DNA of 64,000 nucleotides from Calcarisporiella thermophila CBS 279.70 (Eukaryota; Fungi; Calcarisporiellomycota): NCBI RefSeq assembly GCF_041956535.1, contig NW_027192206.1, positions 62,001 to 126,000 of the forward strand, read 5' to 3'. Shown piece by piece: positions 63,522 to 64,000 of this stretch (position 1 is its first letter; each line of letters starts with the position of its first letter). The notes under the pieces were generated by a model. It saw only the letters and a program-made list of their open reading frames with translations, ran no database searches and was not told where the DNA came from. The position numbers and the translations under genes were made by a program.

Positions 63522-63768
63522 ACTTGTATTTATTTTTCAGTTGATAAACTTAGTAAAATTATATATATAGCGGTGCAATGGAAGGTATTAAATGCACATT
63601 ATATTTAAAGATAAGCAAAAAAAACCCGAGAAAGAAGATATAAACACGAAAGATAAATTAAACAACAATATAAGTAAATCGGGTATCTAAGAGGGGTGAA
63701 ATTAAAAAGATCATTTCATATCATTGGCAAACCAGCAGAAAGACAAGAAGAAAAAAAAGTTCATCTAT

Positions 63769-64000
63769 TCATAGAGATCTTCATCTATGCTTTCCTTCAC
63801 TTGATAGAAAATGCTCATTCCCTTCATCTATGGAAAAATCAGCCAATTAATAAAAAGAAAAGAAACAAAAATAAGACAGAAACGTTCTTGCTATTGCACT
63901 TACCACATGATCTGATACATGGCAGTGGAACATCCACTCGCCGAGATTGTCTGGAATCATATCCACGGTGCGGAAGGACGCGGGGAACACGTCGACTACA
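63769..64000 (-). CDS. 3' end of a ceruloplasmin/hephaestin-like multicopper oxidase (partial)
   Basis: VVDVFPASFRTVDMIPDNLGEWMFHCHVSDHV, GTAAGT intron, then MKGMSIFYQV...*. Confidence 0.8.

Noticed and set aside
1-64000. CRISPR arrays, rRNA, intact tRNA or transposase/reverse transcriptase genes
   Set aside because: No regular repeat-spacer array, rRNA signature, canonical tRNA or TE protein motif was recognised

Overview
Gene-dense, intron-rich eukaryotic DNA from an early-diverging fungus (Mucoromycota/Zoopagomycota-like, inferred from gene content and minor-spliceosome introns). Housekeeping genes: CUL1 (partial), TRS130/TRAPPC10, EAPP, a Puf4-type PUF protein, PP2A-B56, RTT109, a WW protein, MMS2, LCB3-like phosphatase, prolidase, SNZ1/PDX1, RCC1 and SelO/Fmp40. 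Accessory genes: a CAP/PR-1 protein, three MFS transporters, two multicopper oxidases, and GDSL and BBE pseudogenes. The standout is a tandem cluster of three tiny intronless genes at 7.8-9.9 kb, two of them missed by the ORF track. Each encodes a signal peptide, a dibasic Kex2-type site and a highly divergent inhibitor-cystine-knot (knottin, toxin-like) peptide, and each has its own TATA box. Other notable observations: two U12-type introns (one AT-AC); a diverged ~1.1-1.3 kb duplication that gives the PUF gene and a GDSL pseudogene homologous upstream regions; a laccase-like gene with one in-frame TAG; a hidden spliced 55-aa CCHC microprotein; and HomolD-like boxes in short bidirectional promoters. 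All calls come from manual reading and translation, with no database searches.
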